Shown here piece by piece: positions 52,001-64,000 of a stretch of 64,000 bases of DNA. A program made the position numbers and the translations under genes. The notes under the pieces are model-generated. The model saw only the letters and a list, made by a program, of their open reading frames with translations, had not been told where the DNA came from and did no database searches. The stretch's first letter is position 1; every line of letters starts with the position of its first letter. This stretch comes from Camelus dromedarius (Eukaryota): the NCBI RefSeq assembly GCF_036321535.1, contig NC_087436.1:46316001-46380000 (forward strand). Direction: 5' to 3'.

Positions 52001-52128
52001 TTCTCTTTTCCTTCCTTCCTTCCTTCTTCCTTCCTTCCTTCCTTCCTTCCTTCCTTCCTTCCTTCCTTCCTTCCTTCCTTCCTTCCATCTCTCCCTCCCT
52101 CCCTCCCTCCCCATCCCTCGTTCCCTTT
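52001..52128. repeat. (CTTC)n/(CCCT)n polypyrimidine microsatellite
   Basis: Directly visible. Confidence 0.95.
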
Positions 52129-54804
52129 TAGACTGGCTGTCAAGAATGATAAATCTGTTGCATGTGCACCAGACCCTTAGACTAAATATCCTATTTACCC
52201 ATTACCAGTATTTCTTCATTGAATTTATCTTTTCACTCAAATACAATGATCTAAATGCTGTGTTGAGTTTGGGGAGCCTTTAATATGTCATTAGGAAGAC
52301 ATTGATAAAAGAAAAGGGCAGGTTTCCCACCTTTGAAAAAGCAATAATAGAGCAGATTAGTTTCCCAAGTCCAGCATGGGGCTTACTGCACTGGCCAGCT
52401 TCCAAGCTACTGAAGATATGCACAGCTGGCCTTGGAGGAGCCACCGAAATCAGCGGCACGTGCCCCAGTAGACTCTTGGGTATTTCGTAGAATAGGACCT
52501 AAACTTAGAAGACAAGTTTGGGGTTTTAGATTATTGTTGAACTCTTCTGACATTACTGTGGTGCACCAGGCTAAAGAATACAGAGTAGTGTTTACTTGAT
52601 GAAGACCCTATCCTAGTGTCTTCAGTTTTATTTGAGATTTGACTCTCCTCTCAGTTTCCTAAGATGTCATTTAATTATGTTGAATTCGATTGGGACATTT
52701 TTTTTACCTCTTCTTCCATCTTCTCCTTCTATTCTGTTTTGCTTCTTTCTCCCTTAAATCATTACCATAATCTTGGCCTCAAAAAATCAGCATAAGCCAA
52801 AATCAGTCTCATGAGGGAGATATTACTTTCATGTGTGGCCTAAACATAGCACATCAACTACTCCCTGGAAAAGAAAACAAAAATTGTTCACCAGGAAGTG
52901 TAGAATATATTCTTCTGTAAAGAGATTTTTCCACTGTGTGTCCTGATATCCTAAATGTTCCCCAATGTGATGAAACAGAATTTGGGTTCCTGTCTGGCAC
53001 CAAAGCATTAAAAAAAAAATTATATGACTCTAATTTTAAAGTGTTGTGAAGATAAAAATTTTTTTCAATATTTTCCCCCCAAAAGTCAAAGAGTTACACT
53101 ATGTTTAGATGATGAGCTGCTTATTAAAGTAGGGAAGAGGGGGCCCAGGAGCAAGGTGGAGTCGCTCAGGAATTGTACACATTCCAAAAGTATGAGTATT
53201 TGAATAATGCAAGTTCTGAAGATGATTTCTATACTGAATCAGGTAAAAGAGGCTTTACTTTTTTTTTTATTTTTGTACTCAGGCTACCTTTTATAAACCT
53301 TATTATACTTCCTGGAAAGTTGCGGGAATAAGATAAAAAGCACAACTAACTCAAAAGAGTTCTCTCTTGGGATTTTTAGTTCATCGTTGCTGCCTTTCTA
53401 TGTGAAAGTCAAAGAAAATTTAAAGGCACAAATGTCTTTGCCTTTGTGAAAATCCCTAAAAGAAATTACGAAGACTGTGTAAGAATGAGAATTATATATC
53501 TGTGAATGTTATATTCTCAAAGTGACACGATGAAATTTGATTTTTGCATCTTATTCATTCATAAACTCACCACACATCTATTAATATGAGTCATTCTCCT
53601 AGGCATGAGGGCTCAGAAATGAGTTAGACTGATTCCCTGCCCTCAAGTGCCTGAGAATAATAGATGGAAGCAATTTGTACAGGAGTAATTGTGATACCAC
53701 ACAGCAAGTGCAATAATGGTGATGGAGGTGGGCAAGGTGTTATTCAAAATACCGATCAAGCAGTATGGTACAGGCATCAACGAATCAGAATAGATAGCAG
53801 CCTCAGTGCTGGAACAGAGTTTGCGAGATCTCCTGCTGGGCTAGGTCTTTCCTCCATTTTGTGTGGAGATCCAGAGGGCTTCAAGGAAGAGGTCAGGATG
53901 GCCAGGGTATTACGAGGAGAGGTGCTTGGCGAGGGGGCCGGGTGAGGGGGCAGGAAGATTGCTTCAAAACTGACTAATAGCCAGTGTGGTAGTGCTGATG
54001 TATACCAGATGCAAATCAGCTCCAGATCAGGAGTGTTACAACTCATTTAAAAACGAATGTTCAGATAATTCCAGCACTATTATTCTAGATTGCTGTCTAT
54101 TTTAAATTCATTGAGTACATTTCTGCAGCTGTCACTAAGCTTTGCTTCAAATGATGTATGTATCACCCTTGGGCAGGTGGGACATGGAGAGACTTTGATG
54201 GGATTCTGCTCAGCTTGAGGTTCTGGATTTAAATGACTGATAGCATGTGTGGGTTCACCAAAGATATTACTGTTACAAAAGGGTAGTTATGTACTACTTT
54301 TAATCTCACCATATTGCATTTCATCATTGGTGGCTGCAGTGAAATGAAAAACCTTGCCATACAGTGAATACTTTAATCTATCATCATAAAGAAGGCCTTG
54401 TCAATCTTGGCTCAAAAATCTAGGCTTAATGACCAAACTGAAGATAGTCTTTAAATAAAAATAGAGGTTATTCAGTAATCTTCGTATGATTTCTTCTAAA
54501 TTAATATTAGACATTTTTGGTTATCTCATCCAATAGAATAAAAGCAAGGAATAAAACTGAGAAAAATGTATTCTTTAGACATACACACACATCTGTAAAG
54601 CACAAAAAGGTATTTACAAGCATTTTGGCATTATTTAGGCTATTGCATGAGTATTTTACATTGCAACAAAATGTTTCTGTTAGGTGGCTATAGAAGACAG
54701 TTCTCTACATTCTTCCTAAATGTAGAACTTATCTGATTAGATTATAGTTGACAAAGTTGAACAAAGACTGGCTATTGATTTATTATAGATTTATTACAAC
54801 TTCT

Positions 54805-55300
54805 GTCGCAGTCGAATGGGCGTGGTCTTACTTCCGAACATTTCTTCGCAAGGGAGTCAGGGTGTGTAGCAAGATCAAACAACTGCTTCATGATTGTGTG
54901 TACTCAGGCAGAATGGTTAGGACTCCAGAGGGATTTGTGTGCCTGCATCATGCCCTGGGCACTTCCCCTCCTCAATCCCTGTGGAATTTCTCAGCTGCAG
55001 CCATCAGTCCTAGGGGTTAGCTGAGCCTGAAAGAAGCAGACCACGTTGCTCTCATTCATTAACACTGCCTGGTTCTTACCACAATTCTGAAAGGCCAAAG
55101 AATTGTGGGGTCTGGTTGACCTGCCTACACTGCAGTTGATACAGCACGGCTTTCCCTCTGCCTTACCTCCCTTTACCTCCCCGCGACAGGACCTCCACAC
55201 TCTGATACAGATTAGGATGGCAGTGGCTGCTCTTACTATACCCACTCAGTGACGTGCCTACCTATTTGATGTGCAATCAATTGACTTAACTGGCATTCTT
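54805..55300 (-). promoter_or_regulatory. Candidate promoter/enhancer island
   Basis: Non-repetitive, GC-richer segment with retained CpGs. GGGCGTGG (KLF/SP) at 54818-54825, ACTTCCG (ETS) at 54830-54836, TGACGTG (CRE/ATF-like) at 55250-55256, GTGCAAT (C/EBP half-site) at 55271-55277. Motif inference only. Confidence 0.35.
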
Positions 55301-56049
55301 TTATTTACTTTGGTGCACCTAGAGTTACTACTTCTGTGGGTACTAGAGAGCAGTTGTGGAGACTTGTTAGGAAATGAATTATTTTCTGTTGTTTCCCATA
55401 GAAGCATATTGCTGGAAGGTACTCTGGTACAGTCTTTTCTTGTTAGAAGTCTAAGATCCTGCAGAACTTCATGACAACAAGATATAGGAGGTCTGTGGTT
55501 CTCAATCCTGCTATCTTGTCCTGCTAACTCTTTATTTCAGGGATGATTCAGATCAATGGTCCACTGATGGAAATCCTGAATTAACTCACTGTATGTGAAT
55601 AGAAATATTGAAAAGAATTTCACAGATTCCAAAAGGAATCAATAGAAAGATACAAATAGCACTATTTAATAAGTTTGGCCTCAGTTTTGCAATTTGTTGC
55701 TATAGATTCTGTAATATCATCATCAAGTAATTATCTGTTTTACTTGGGTGGAATTTTTCATTATGTCTGTGAAACTCACCTTGAATACTATCAGTGTCCA
55801 AATACAAGAGCAAACTTTTCCTAGTTTTTGTGTTTGCACCTTCAATTGTAAAGATCTGTGCATCACATCTTGAAAGAAGAAACAAAGACTTTGCAGAGAC
55901 TCTAACTCATATTAACATGCCAATATTCTGATACTTTTTCCAAGGCCCAAGACTGACATCTGACTATTGTGTTAATGACAGAAGAACATTTTGTTTTATC
56001 TACCCACTAATATATATATATATATAGTACCATCAGTTTTTTATTCTAT

Positions 56050-56700
56050 AAGGCTTAAATCCTTGGAGCCATTTTTTACTTTCAACCTCTCCTATTCATC
56101 CCCTACATCTGATTAAGCCTCCAAGCTTAAGTCTGTTTATCAGATTAATTTTAGTATCTAATTTTTGTCTCTACCATCACTGTACTCCTTAACTTTATGT
56201 CACAGCTTTTGTGAGAGATCCAAATTGACTTTGCTAACTTCTGCCAGGTTAGTCTTCCCAAAATATATACCACTTTCTTCGTGTCAGTAAGTTGCTACTC
56301 AGTTTATAATGGCCTCCTATTATCTATTGGAAAATTTCCTAACTTCTCCTGTCCTTTGAGTTCTTCTATAACCTAGACTCACCTTACTTACCCAACCTTG
56401 TTTCAAACAAAGATTCATGTTCCATGAAGGTGACCTCATGGTTAGCTGCAGTGCACGTGGCTGTTTATTCCTGGCTTACTCTCTCACCTGCCTTATCCTT
56501 TTTTTAACTACTCTTTTAAGTCAGGCTAACGTTTCATCTCTTTGAGAAGCTTCTCCCAATTCTCTTCTGTGAGCTTCTGCGGTATAATCAATGCCATATA
56601 CAGTGTAACACTGTATTGTATACTGGCTAACATTGTTCTTTAGTTGTTTTTGTTTTAGGCCTTGTATTTTTAACAAGCTCATGAGATCTTTTCAGGAAGA
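56050..56700 (+). mobile_element. L2 fragment (very degraded)
   Basis: Pyrimidine-rich text such as 'ttcatctctttgagaagcttctcccaatt' and 'aagctcatgagatc' resembles L2 3' regions. Confidence 0.4.
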
Positions 56701-58721
56701 AACCATACATACACAGTGCTGATAGTGTAAGACATTCTTACCTATTCTTTAACTTAAAATGTTTTAAAAGTTAGCAACTGTTTTGGAAATGCCCATCTAT
56801 ATTTCAGCAAAAATATTCAGAGAACAATCAACTCAAATCAGGTATCTAGAGATTTATTTTATTTATAGGAATCCTTTTTCACCTTGAATATTAACAACTA
56901 ACTTCAAAGCTTACCAGTAGAGCTTAAGAATTTCTTAACAATGATTGTGTAATGAGGAGGCTGAATATGAAGAATGATTAATGATAGATGACCTGATTAA
57001 TTCATACATATTCAGAAATATGCCTGTGGATGGAATATAGGTAGTGTCAAAACTGATTAAGATCCCAATCTCCTTATTTTTGTTCACATTCAAATATACA
57101 TATGGAGAATCACTCTAAATGAAAATTTATTCTATTGAAGATTTTACACAAAGGTCTTTGTGTAAGAAATTTATTTTAATTATATTGTACAATTGTCTTA
57201 TTCAGGACACCTTCTTTTGTGTTTTGAAAGACACCTAAGGAGCCCATTTATTGGCACATTAAAAAAATAAGGGCGTTTTACTAGGGAGCATAAAATAGAT
57301 TTCATACTACCAATTTTATTTCTGAGCATCATGGTTCCTTCTGTATTACTACAGTTAATATTTTCCTTGAAGGCTTTCCCTCTAATGTTACCTGGTATCA
57401 AAATAAAATGCCATATTTTAAAACTGTTCTGTCCTATGAAAAGCTCTTAGGAGAACTAGTTGCAAAATAAAAGAACTCAAATTCTACTTTGAAATTACCC
57501 TGTCCCTCATATTCTAAAGTTGTGAGTCTTGAACTTTTACCCCTGATAGTTCCAGGATTCCTGGTCTACTTTTTCTGGGGTCTTTCATAAGCCCTTTAAG
57601 GATAGTTGGCATTTGTAGTCAGGTCTCAGGCATATTATGTACTGGCACATCCAAACCTTGGCATGCTCCAAGGTTCCCTTCTTAATTAGAAAAGATGCCA
57701 GATAGGAAGCCAGTAAGATTTTGGTGTATGTTTTTCTTTATTACTTAAGGACCTAAGAGTGTGTGTCTACCAAAATAAAAGGCTTTCTATTTTTTAAACT
57801 TTGTGTTAGCTCATATACAGCATAGAAAATAAATTCAACTTCCAAAGTTAAAATCGTATGTCTTGGACTGGCCCTTCTGCAGTTTCATTGGAAAATGTTT
57901 GCTTCTCGTGTGATGGAAATAGCAGCAGTAAAGTGCCAGATTTATTATGAAATCATATGGGGAAACATTTTATTCATAGAAATCTGCCCATACCGTTTTT
58001 GTATTCCAGGGAATTTGCTTGTCAGGATGAATCTGAGATTTAACTGTAAGGAAACAACTGTGTTTACTTTGAAGGAGGCAATGAAACTCTGTGGGGTGGT
58101 TGGGAGATTTCAAGTATCTTTTTTAATGGCCAAATGGGACTTGATTTTCTGGTGAAGATCACCTGTATTAGCATTTCTATGGGAGGCCAGCCATTACCCT
58201 AACTGGCAATGCTTTTTGTTCTCAGTTAGTTTAACAAGATAATTTGACATTTAGTAGAGCACTTTTCATATGCATGACCTTTCAAATACATCATAACATT
58301 GAGCAAATTATTTCCTTATATAGGCAAATAGCTGTTCCTCCTTTAAGTATGGTATGAAGTATGAAATGCCATTCCTATTGCTTTAGGAAACCAAGAATAA
58401 TGTATTTTATTACACACTTTTTAAAGAATTGTGAAACTTTTAACAACTCTGTTAAAATGATTATTAAGCTGATAGTAATATTGCAAGGCAAAATTTATAT
58501 TACAACAGAATCAATTCATGGGTATGTTGGAAAAAAGATTAGCGAACAATGGGCCAAATACATGACAAGGGAAAAAAGGATAGCCCTATATTATGTCTTC
58601 TTGAAATTAAATTTAAATAATGAAACAATAAGAATGATGAAAGACCAGGGATTAGGCAAAGGAGATTCTTATGTAGGATGGAGACTTGGGGTTGAGTAAT
58701 AATGGGACTAGGTTTTCTTAG

Positions 58722-59329
58722 TGTTACCAAACCAAACTTGGGTCTGCTCACCCACAGCACAGCAAAGCCAATCTACTGACACCAGGTTGTCAGTATAGCA
58801 TATATTGCAGGGTGCCAAGCAAGGAGAATGGGCAGCTCATGCTCAAAAGACCCAGACTCCTGAGTGGATTTCAGGGAAGGTTTTTAAGGGCAACATTTGG
58901 GAGGAGAGTTGCAGCTTGAGCACTTTCTTCTGATTGGTTGGTGGTGAGGTATCAGGGTGATAGTTCAAGAATCTAAATCATCAATATTCTGGTTCCAGCC
59001 AGTCTGGGATCTAGTGCTTGTAGTCTGCATGTTGTCTCATCCTCCATCTAAGTGAGGGTCTTTGTTTCTGCAGAACAGCTCAAAGATATATGTTAGATTG
59101 TTATGTATATCCCTTGAGAAGGAACTAGCACTCTGTTTAATCACTGAAGTATTTGCTTTTCCTTTTTTTCTGCATTCCCTTACTTCCCTAATTAGTAACT
59201 ACTTGAGTCTGTTCTTTGGAACTCAGGGAAGGCCTAGGAGACTAAAGTCTTTTTCTATAAACAAGAGATGGGGAACATGGAGGGGCTTTTGTACCCAGAA
59301 GGAACACATAGGGTCCTGGCTCAGTTTCA
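58722..59329 (-). mobile_element. ERV1-class solo LTR (~610 bp)
   Basis: TG...CA termini with a near-perfect 4-bp TSD (TTAG 58718-58721, CTAG 59330-59333). Minus-strand CCAAT ('gattggttgg'). Motifs 'gccaagcaaggagaatgggcagctcatgctcaaaagaccc' are typical of laurasiatherian ERV1 LTRs (recalled). Confidence 0.8.
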
Positions 59330-59742
59330 CTAGTAGGAAAACCTTGTCTTTCAGGCAAATATATTTTTTTCCATATTTATATGGAAGCTTATTGATCAGG
59401 GACATTGCACAATGAAAATATATTAAAATAATATGTCTCAGTTTGGTGATCTGGGGTTTGGCATAAGCAACTCCATTTGGGGCCAGTTGTGTTTCTATAG
59501 GCTGTTTTAAAAATTGTACTGTGCTGTTTTTTTCAACCAGAAGAAATACTGTAAAACAGTTATTCCCACTTTTAAAACACATAGTCATCCATTTAACTAA
59601 CATTTAATTATGTGCCAAGTACTGAGAATGTAATAGTGAGCACAATAGAAACTATCCCTTATTTCTAAAAGATTCAATATGTTTCTTAGTTGTCTCATTC
59701 TAAATATTTATGTGTGAACGACTTATTAGAACTGGTGTGCAT

Positions 59743-59838
59743 GCTATAGTTAACAAGACTGTGTTGTACACTTAAATCTTTGTCAAGAGGGTAGATCTCA
59801 TGTTAAGTGTTCTTACCATCAATAAATTTTTTTTAAAA
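59743..59838 (+). mobile_element. Very short L1 3' tip (L1MA-like) with decayed TSD
   Basis: 'tatagttaacaagactgtgttgtacacttaaa...aagagggtagatctcatgttaagtgttcttacc' followed by AATAAA. Flanks AACTGGTGTGCAT (59730-59742) and AACTAGCATGCAT (59839-59851) match at 10/13. Confidence 0.7.
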
Positions 59839-60199
59839 AACTAGCATGCATTGTATAAGAGTGTATTAACTGAGCATATACATAAATATGTGCTAGTCAC
59901 ATCCCACTAGGTTAACCATGAATGTTTTCAGTGTATGGAGAGAGCATAGTTCCTTTTTAATTTTATAAAATCAAGGTTTATCAACTTTGAGCCAGTAATT
60001 TCTCATGATTACTTTACACTGAAAATGAGAAGGCAAAAATAAGTCTATAAACTGTAACTGTAAACAGAGGCTTTCAGAGATGCTCGTGAACCTCTTCTTT
60101 CCAAGTTTATTAAAGCTCCTATTTTCCTTAATGGCAGCCCTATGGGTTTGTATTAGAAAATAGAATGATCCATAGTGTGCTTGGTAAACAAGCCAGTCT

Positions 60200-60430
60200 T
60201 TAGTTTTGGAGTTCTCAATTTGGGAGTCAGACTCTCTGGTTATAAATTCCTAACCCACCACCTAACGAGGTGTGTTGAGCAAGTCACTTAACCTCTTTGT
60301 ACATCACCTTCCAAAACTGTATTGCTATAGCACAATTAGTATAAATAAATAAAATGATGCTTGGGCAGTGCTTACCCCATGCCAGGTGGGTGATGAACAC
60401 TCATAAATATTAACTGTCATTATTATCTTT
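60200..60430 (+). mobile_element. MIR SINE
   Basis: 'ggagtcagactctctggttataaattcc...ttgagcaagtcacttaacctctttg...taaatattaactgtcattatt'. Confidence 0.65.
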
Positions 60431-61853
60431 TTTATTATATCCAAGTATTTTGTGTTTTTTCCCCCATGGCATTATGTGATCAGGTTTGCTGACTTCCATG
60501 GACAGCCTCCTATTTTATCTTTCCTGTTGTAATTGCTTTAGTGCCTTCATGCTTGTTTCATCAGATTTAGACCCCCATGTGCCCTTTCCCTCTGAAGTAC
60601 TCCTATTCCTATTTTGACTTTTTGTTTATTCATTCTCCATCACTAATTTTCAGTGTTAAGCCAGTTCTGTTATGGTTATTTTTCCTATTGGTGACTAATT
60701 TTGGTAGTAGACATCAACAATTAATTTAGTATCAGCTTAAAGACATGTGGGCTGTTTACATGTGTGTAATGGTGTATGTGCTGCTGCTGTGTTTAAGTCA
60801 TCCATCAACTATTTGGCAAAATCATGCGACATTGCAAAGCCATTAATGAAAACATTTCCCGGTTTCCATTAGCCCACTTTCTTTTCCATTTCCCAAAAGG
60901 AAGATTGTTTCAATCCCTGATAAACTAAGAATTAACATTATTTAAATTTATTGAGCATGTGACAAACTACACTCAACCATTGATCTTGTCATTTTGGGGG
61001 GCTAGATTAAGAATTTTCTTTATCTTTAAAAGATCTGTTTACCACTCTACATTCCATTACAAACATGGACTCTGGAGAGCTCATTTAAATTTTTTTGCAA
61101 GCTTGGGAATTGAACTTTATTTTCATGTTAATATATGACATTGTATATGTAATAACCACTCATTGTATAGCAGATAATCTCACACAAAAAAAACACATCT
61201 TTCCTATTTCCCAGCCCCTGCTCTCTAACATCTTGCAGCCCCCTCCTTTGCAAGTAGAAATTTTTTAAAATGCTGTCATGACAAATCCCCTGTAGAATCA
61301 TGGGGTAAAACATTCTAGTGCCATAATAATGAAACACTTTATGTGTGGGAGAAGAATGATAGAAATAACAACTGTGCAACATCAGACCTCATTAAAGTCA
61401 ATGAACTGCAACACTGGCTATTTGTAGTCTTGACCAGTTTCTACTGAATATTCTACTATATTTATTATTTAAATATTGAAAACAGCAATAAAGACAACTC
61501 CATATATGCTAGAATTCCATTTCTGGAAACAAAGCATCTACACAAAACCCAGAAAATGTTTCACCCCCCTCGGTTTGAATATCCCTTTCTTATACTGTTT
61601 AAGTGCAATAGTTTCCCAGTATGTTCTTGTGAGAGTCTCCAATTATCTCATAAATATGGTCATTTCCCCCAAATTATAAAATTTACAAATATCAATTAAT
61701 TCTTGGGTAAACATGAAATGCTTCATCTAAGCTTGGCACAAGCAAGAACTGAACTTAACAATGACATAACTGGAAAGAAGGAGAAGGTTTAAAAGGCAAT
61801 TTTGACCCTGTCTTCATGAGGAGGAGAAACTCGACCAATTTAAAAATTACCCT

Positions 61854-62011
61854 ACAACAAGGATCTATTGTATAGCATGAGGAACTATATTCAATATCTT
61901 GTAATAACCTATAATAGAAAAGAATCTGAAAAAGAATATATATACATAACTGAATCACTTTGCTCCACACCTGAAGCATTGTAAACCAACTATATTTCAA
62001 TTAAAAAAAAA
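61854..62011 (+). mobile_element. Short cetartiodactyl-type L1 3'-end fragment
   Basis: 'aacaaggatctattgtatagcatgaggaactatattcaatatcttgtaataacctataat...ataactgaatcactttgct...cattgtaaaccaactat' followed by an A tail. Similar to 7083-7247. Confidence 0.85.
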
Positions 62012-62325
62012 CCTCTAATGATCAAGTAATGTCAAGAATTAGAATCACCACCACAATTTGATGTAAGTAACTTTGACTCATTTAAAATATTTTAATAACA
62101 ATTATTGAAATTTCCCTTTATTTAAAATTGGAAAAATACAGAAGTAGCTAGAATGAGAGTCCTGCTCTCAATGTATTTCATTGGAAAGATAGAAACATAC
62201 TTTGCCAGAAGGGCATGCCTTGCTGCTTAAGAACTCTCCTAATGAGAAGTATATTCTGGAATAACTAGCCTATTTTCTTCTAAACTGTGGCTTTTAACTG
62301 TTTTGGCTACTACCCCAAGTAAATA

Positions 62326-62810
62326 CAGGCACACCTCAGAGACACGGCAGGTTTGGTTCCAGACCACTGCAGTAAATCGAATATCACATTAAAAAGAGTC
62401 ACACAAACTTGCTGGTTTTCCTGTGCATATAAAAGTTACATTTATGCTATACTGTAGTCTATTAAGTGTGCAATAGCATTATGTCTAAAGAAAACAACGT
62501 ACAGACCTTAATTAAAAAATACTTTATTGCCAAAAAATGCTAACCATCATCTGAGCCTTCAAAAAGCGAGTTGCAGAAGTAACATCAAAATCACTGACCA
62601 GAGATCACCATAGCAAACATAATGAAAAAGTTTGAAATATTGCAAGAATCACCAAAATGTGAGACAGAGACATGAAGTAGGCAAATGCTGTTGGAAAAAT
62701 GGTGCTGACAGACTTGCTTGACACAAGGTTGCCACAAATTTTCAATTTGTAAAAAACATAATATCTGTGAAGGATAATAAAACGAAGCACAATAAAACAA
62801 GTTGTGCACA
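62326..62810 (-). mobile_element. Internally deleted Tigger1 DNA transposon (Tigger1a-type non-autonomous element)
   Basis: TA on both sides (62324-62325 and 62811-62812). Left TIR CAGGCACACCTC, degenerate right TIR. Both Tigger1 terminal regions are recognisable and joined at about 62570. No transposase. Confidence 0.88.
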
Positions 62811-63789
62811 TATGTGTTTTACGTTTAAACTGGTGTACCCATACAAGTCCACCCAGCTGGCTTTAGATGGCCTCATGTGCACACTGTTAATGTACTCAAA
62901 CTATTAGCCACTGCAGAAAGTTCTTTTTCTCTTTTTATACCTTCCCTGAGTCACACTGTTTTATCCTCATTAATTGAACACATTTTCTGCATGTACTTTA
63001 TGCCTCATAAGTTTTACTTGGAATTATCAAATAGTTCTTGGTATAAAAGCTAGAAAATAAGCATGTTTATGAAAGAAACATTTATATAGTTATCTTAAAA
63101 ATTTGGTTTTTTAATTTGATTTTTAAAAATCCCCTCTAGAATTTGACAAAACAACTTTAACAACTAATCTTAGGGTGCCAGTACATTATAGATATTCATA
63201 GTCTGTTAAAATTATGATATGGCCTGGTCAGGGTATGAAAACAAAAATTTAGCAACTTCATATTTGTTGTTTATAACTAAAATACTAATGAACTATTTTT
63301 GCTAACTAACTGTTCATTTTTATATTTTGTTTTACTCTGGTAACTTGTAAGAATAGAATCCCTGAAACATTTGTAATTATATCTTGTGTTGTTAAAAAAA
63401 GAGGGGGAAATACTTTTTACAACGTTTCAGTGGAATTCATTGCCTTTAAAATAAATGCTATATATCTGGAAAATACTCTGTAGTGAGAGTTATGGAGCTT
63501 GGCTATTGTAAACTTAAATTATTACCTATTATTTATTATGATTAACTTTCTTTTATAAACTGACATTCCACAGAGATTAGAAACTTGAGGAAGTTTGAAA
63601 CAAAAACACACACACAAAAGATATTTAAAATAAACAAGGCTGCATATTATAGTGCAGTACATGCTGATTTAAAATATCTTGGGAAATGAATCTCCTGAAT
63701 AAGAAAAATTATTTCTTTGAAAAATAAATGTGGTATGAAATAACGTTGGTATGCATCAAATAGCCAGTAGGCTGAATTCTACAAAGGTT

Positions 63790-64000
63790 CATCAAGTGAT
63801 AAGCCCTGTGCCAGTTGCTAGAGACGTAAGGATGAACAAGATAATCCTACCCTCAAGAGCTTACAGTCTAGTGGGAGACTGTAGCGAGTAATAATACATC
63901 TGCCTAAGTAGCCTGTTGGGAGAATAGGAGGCAGGCCATTGATAGAATGAAGCAGTTCGGAAAGTTCGCTCTGGTTGTATCCAGTCTATCAGGAACTCGC
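63790..64000 (-). mobile_element. L2 3' fragment running off the window
   Basis: 'tgtgccagttgctagagacgtaaggatgaacaag...cctaccctcaagagcttacagtctagtgggaga'. Confidence 0.65.

Noticed and set aside
51952..52283. ORFs with PSFL/GRKE repeats
   Set aside because: These are translations of the (CTTC)n microsatellite.
1..64000. Naming a host gene for this intron-like region
   Set aside because: No recognisable coding exon was found on either strand, so any gene name would be a guess.

Overview
AT-rich, CpG-poor placental-mammal genomic DNA, either a large intron or an intergenic region. No intact protein-coding gene, rRNA, tRNA or CRISPR array is supported. The repeat content points to a cetartiodactyl, most plausibly a camelid: cetartiodactyl-type L1 3' tails, an internally deleted Tigger1, and no recognisable Alu, B1, BovB/Bov-A, PRE-1 or Can-SINE. 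That taxon call is an inference from remembered consensus sequences. The dominant feature is a young, 5'-truncated LINE-1 (2309-7247, +) with a perfect 14-bp target-site duplication. Its ORF2 is full length and frameshift-free but broken by two nonsense codons. The rest is mostly older repeats: L1 fragments, L2, MIR, two ERV1-class solo LTRs, two MaLR LTRs, a Tigger1-derived element and microsatellites. Non-repeat highlights are (i) a short EMC3/TMEM111 retrocopy fragment at ~47.1-47.4 kb that may derive from an intron-retaining, prematurely polyadenylated transcript, (ii) a promoter-like island at ~54.8-55.3 kb with clustered minus-strand splice donors, plus candidate minus-strand non-coding exons at ~28.1-28.7 kb, and (iii) old locally templated duplication/insertion scars. 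I found no evidence for a genuinely new biological system. Most short ORFs in the track are chance or repeat-derived. Boundaries of old repeats are approximate.
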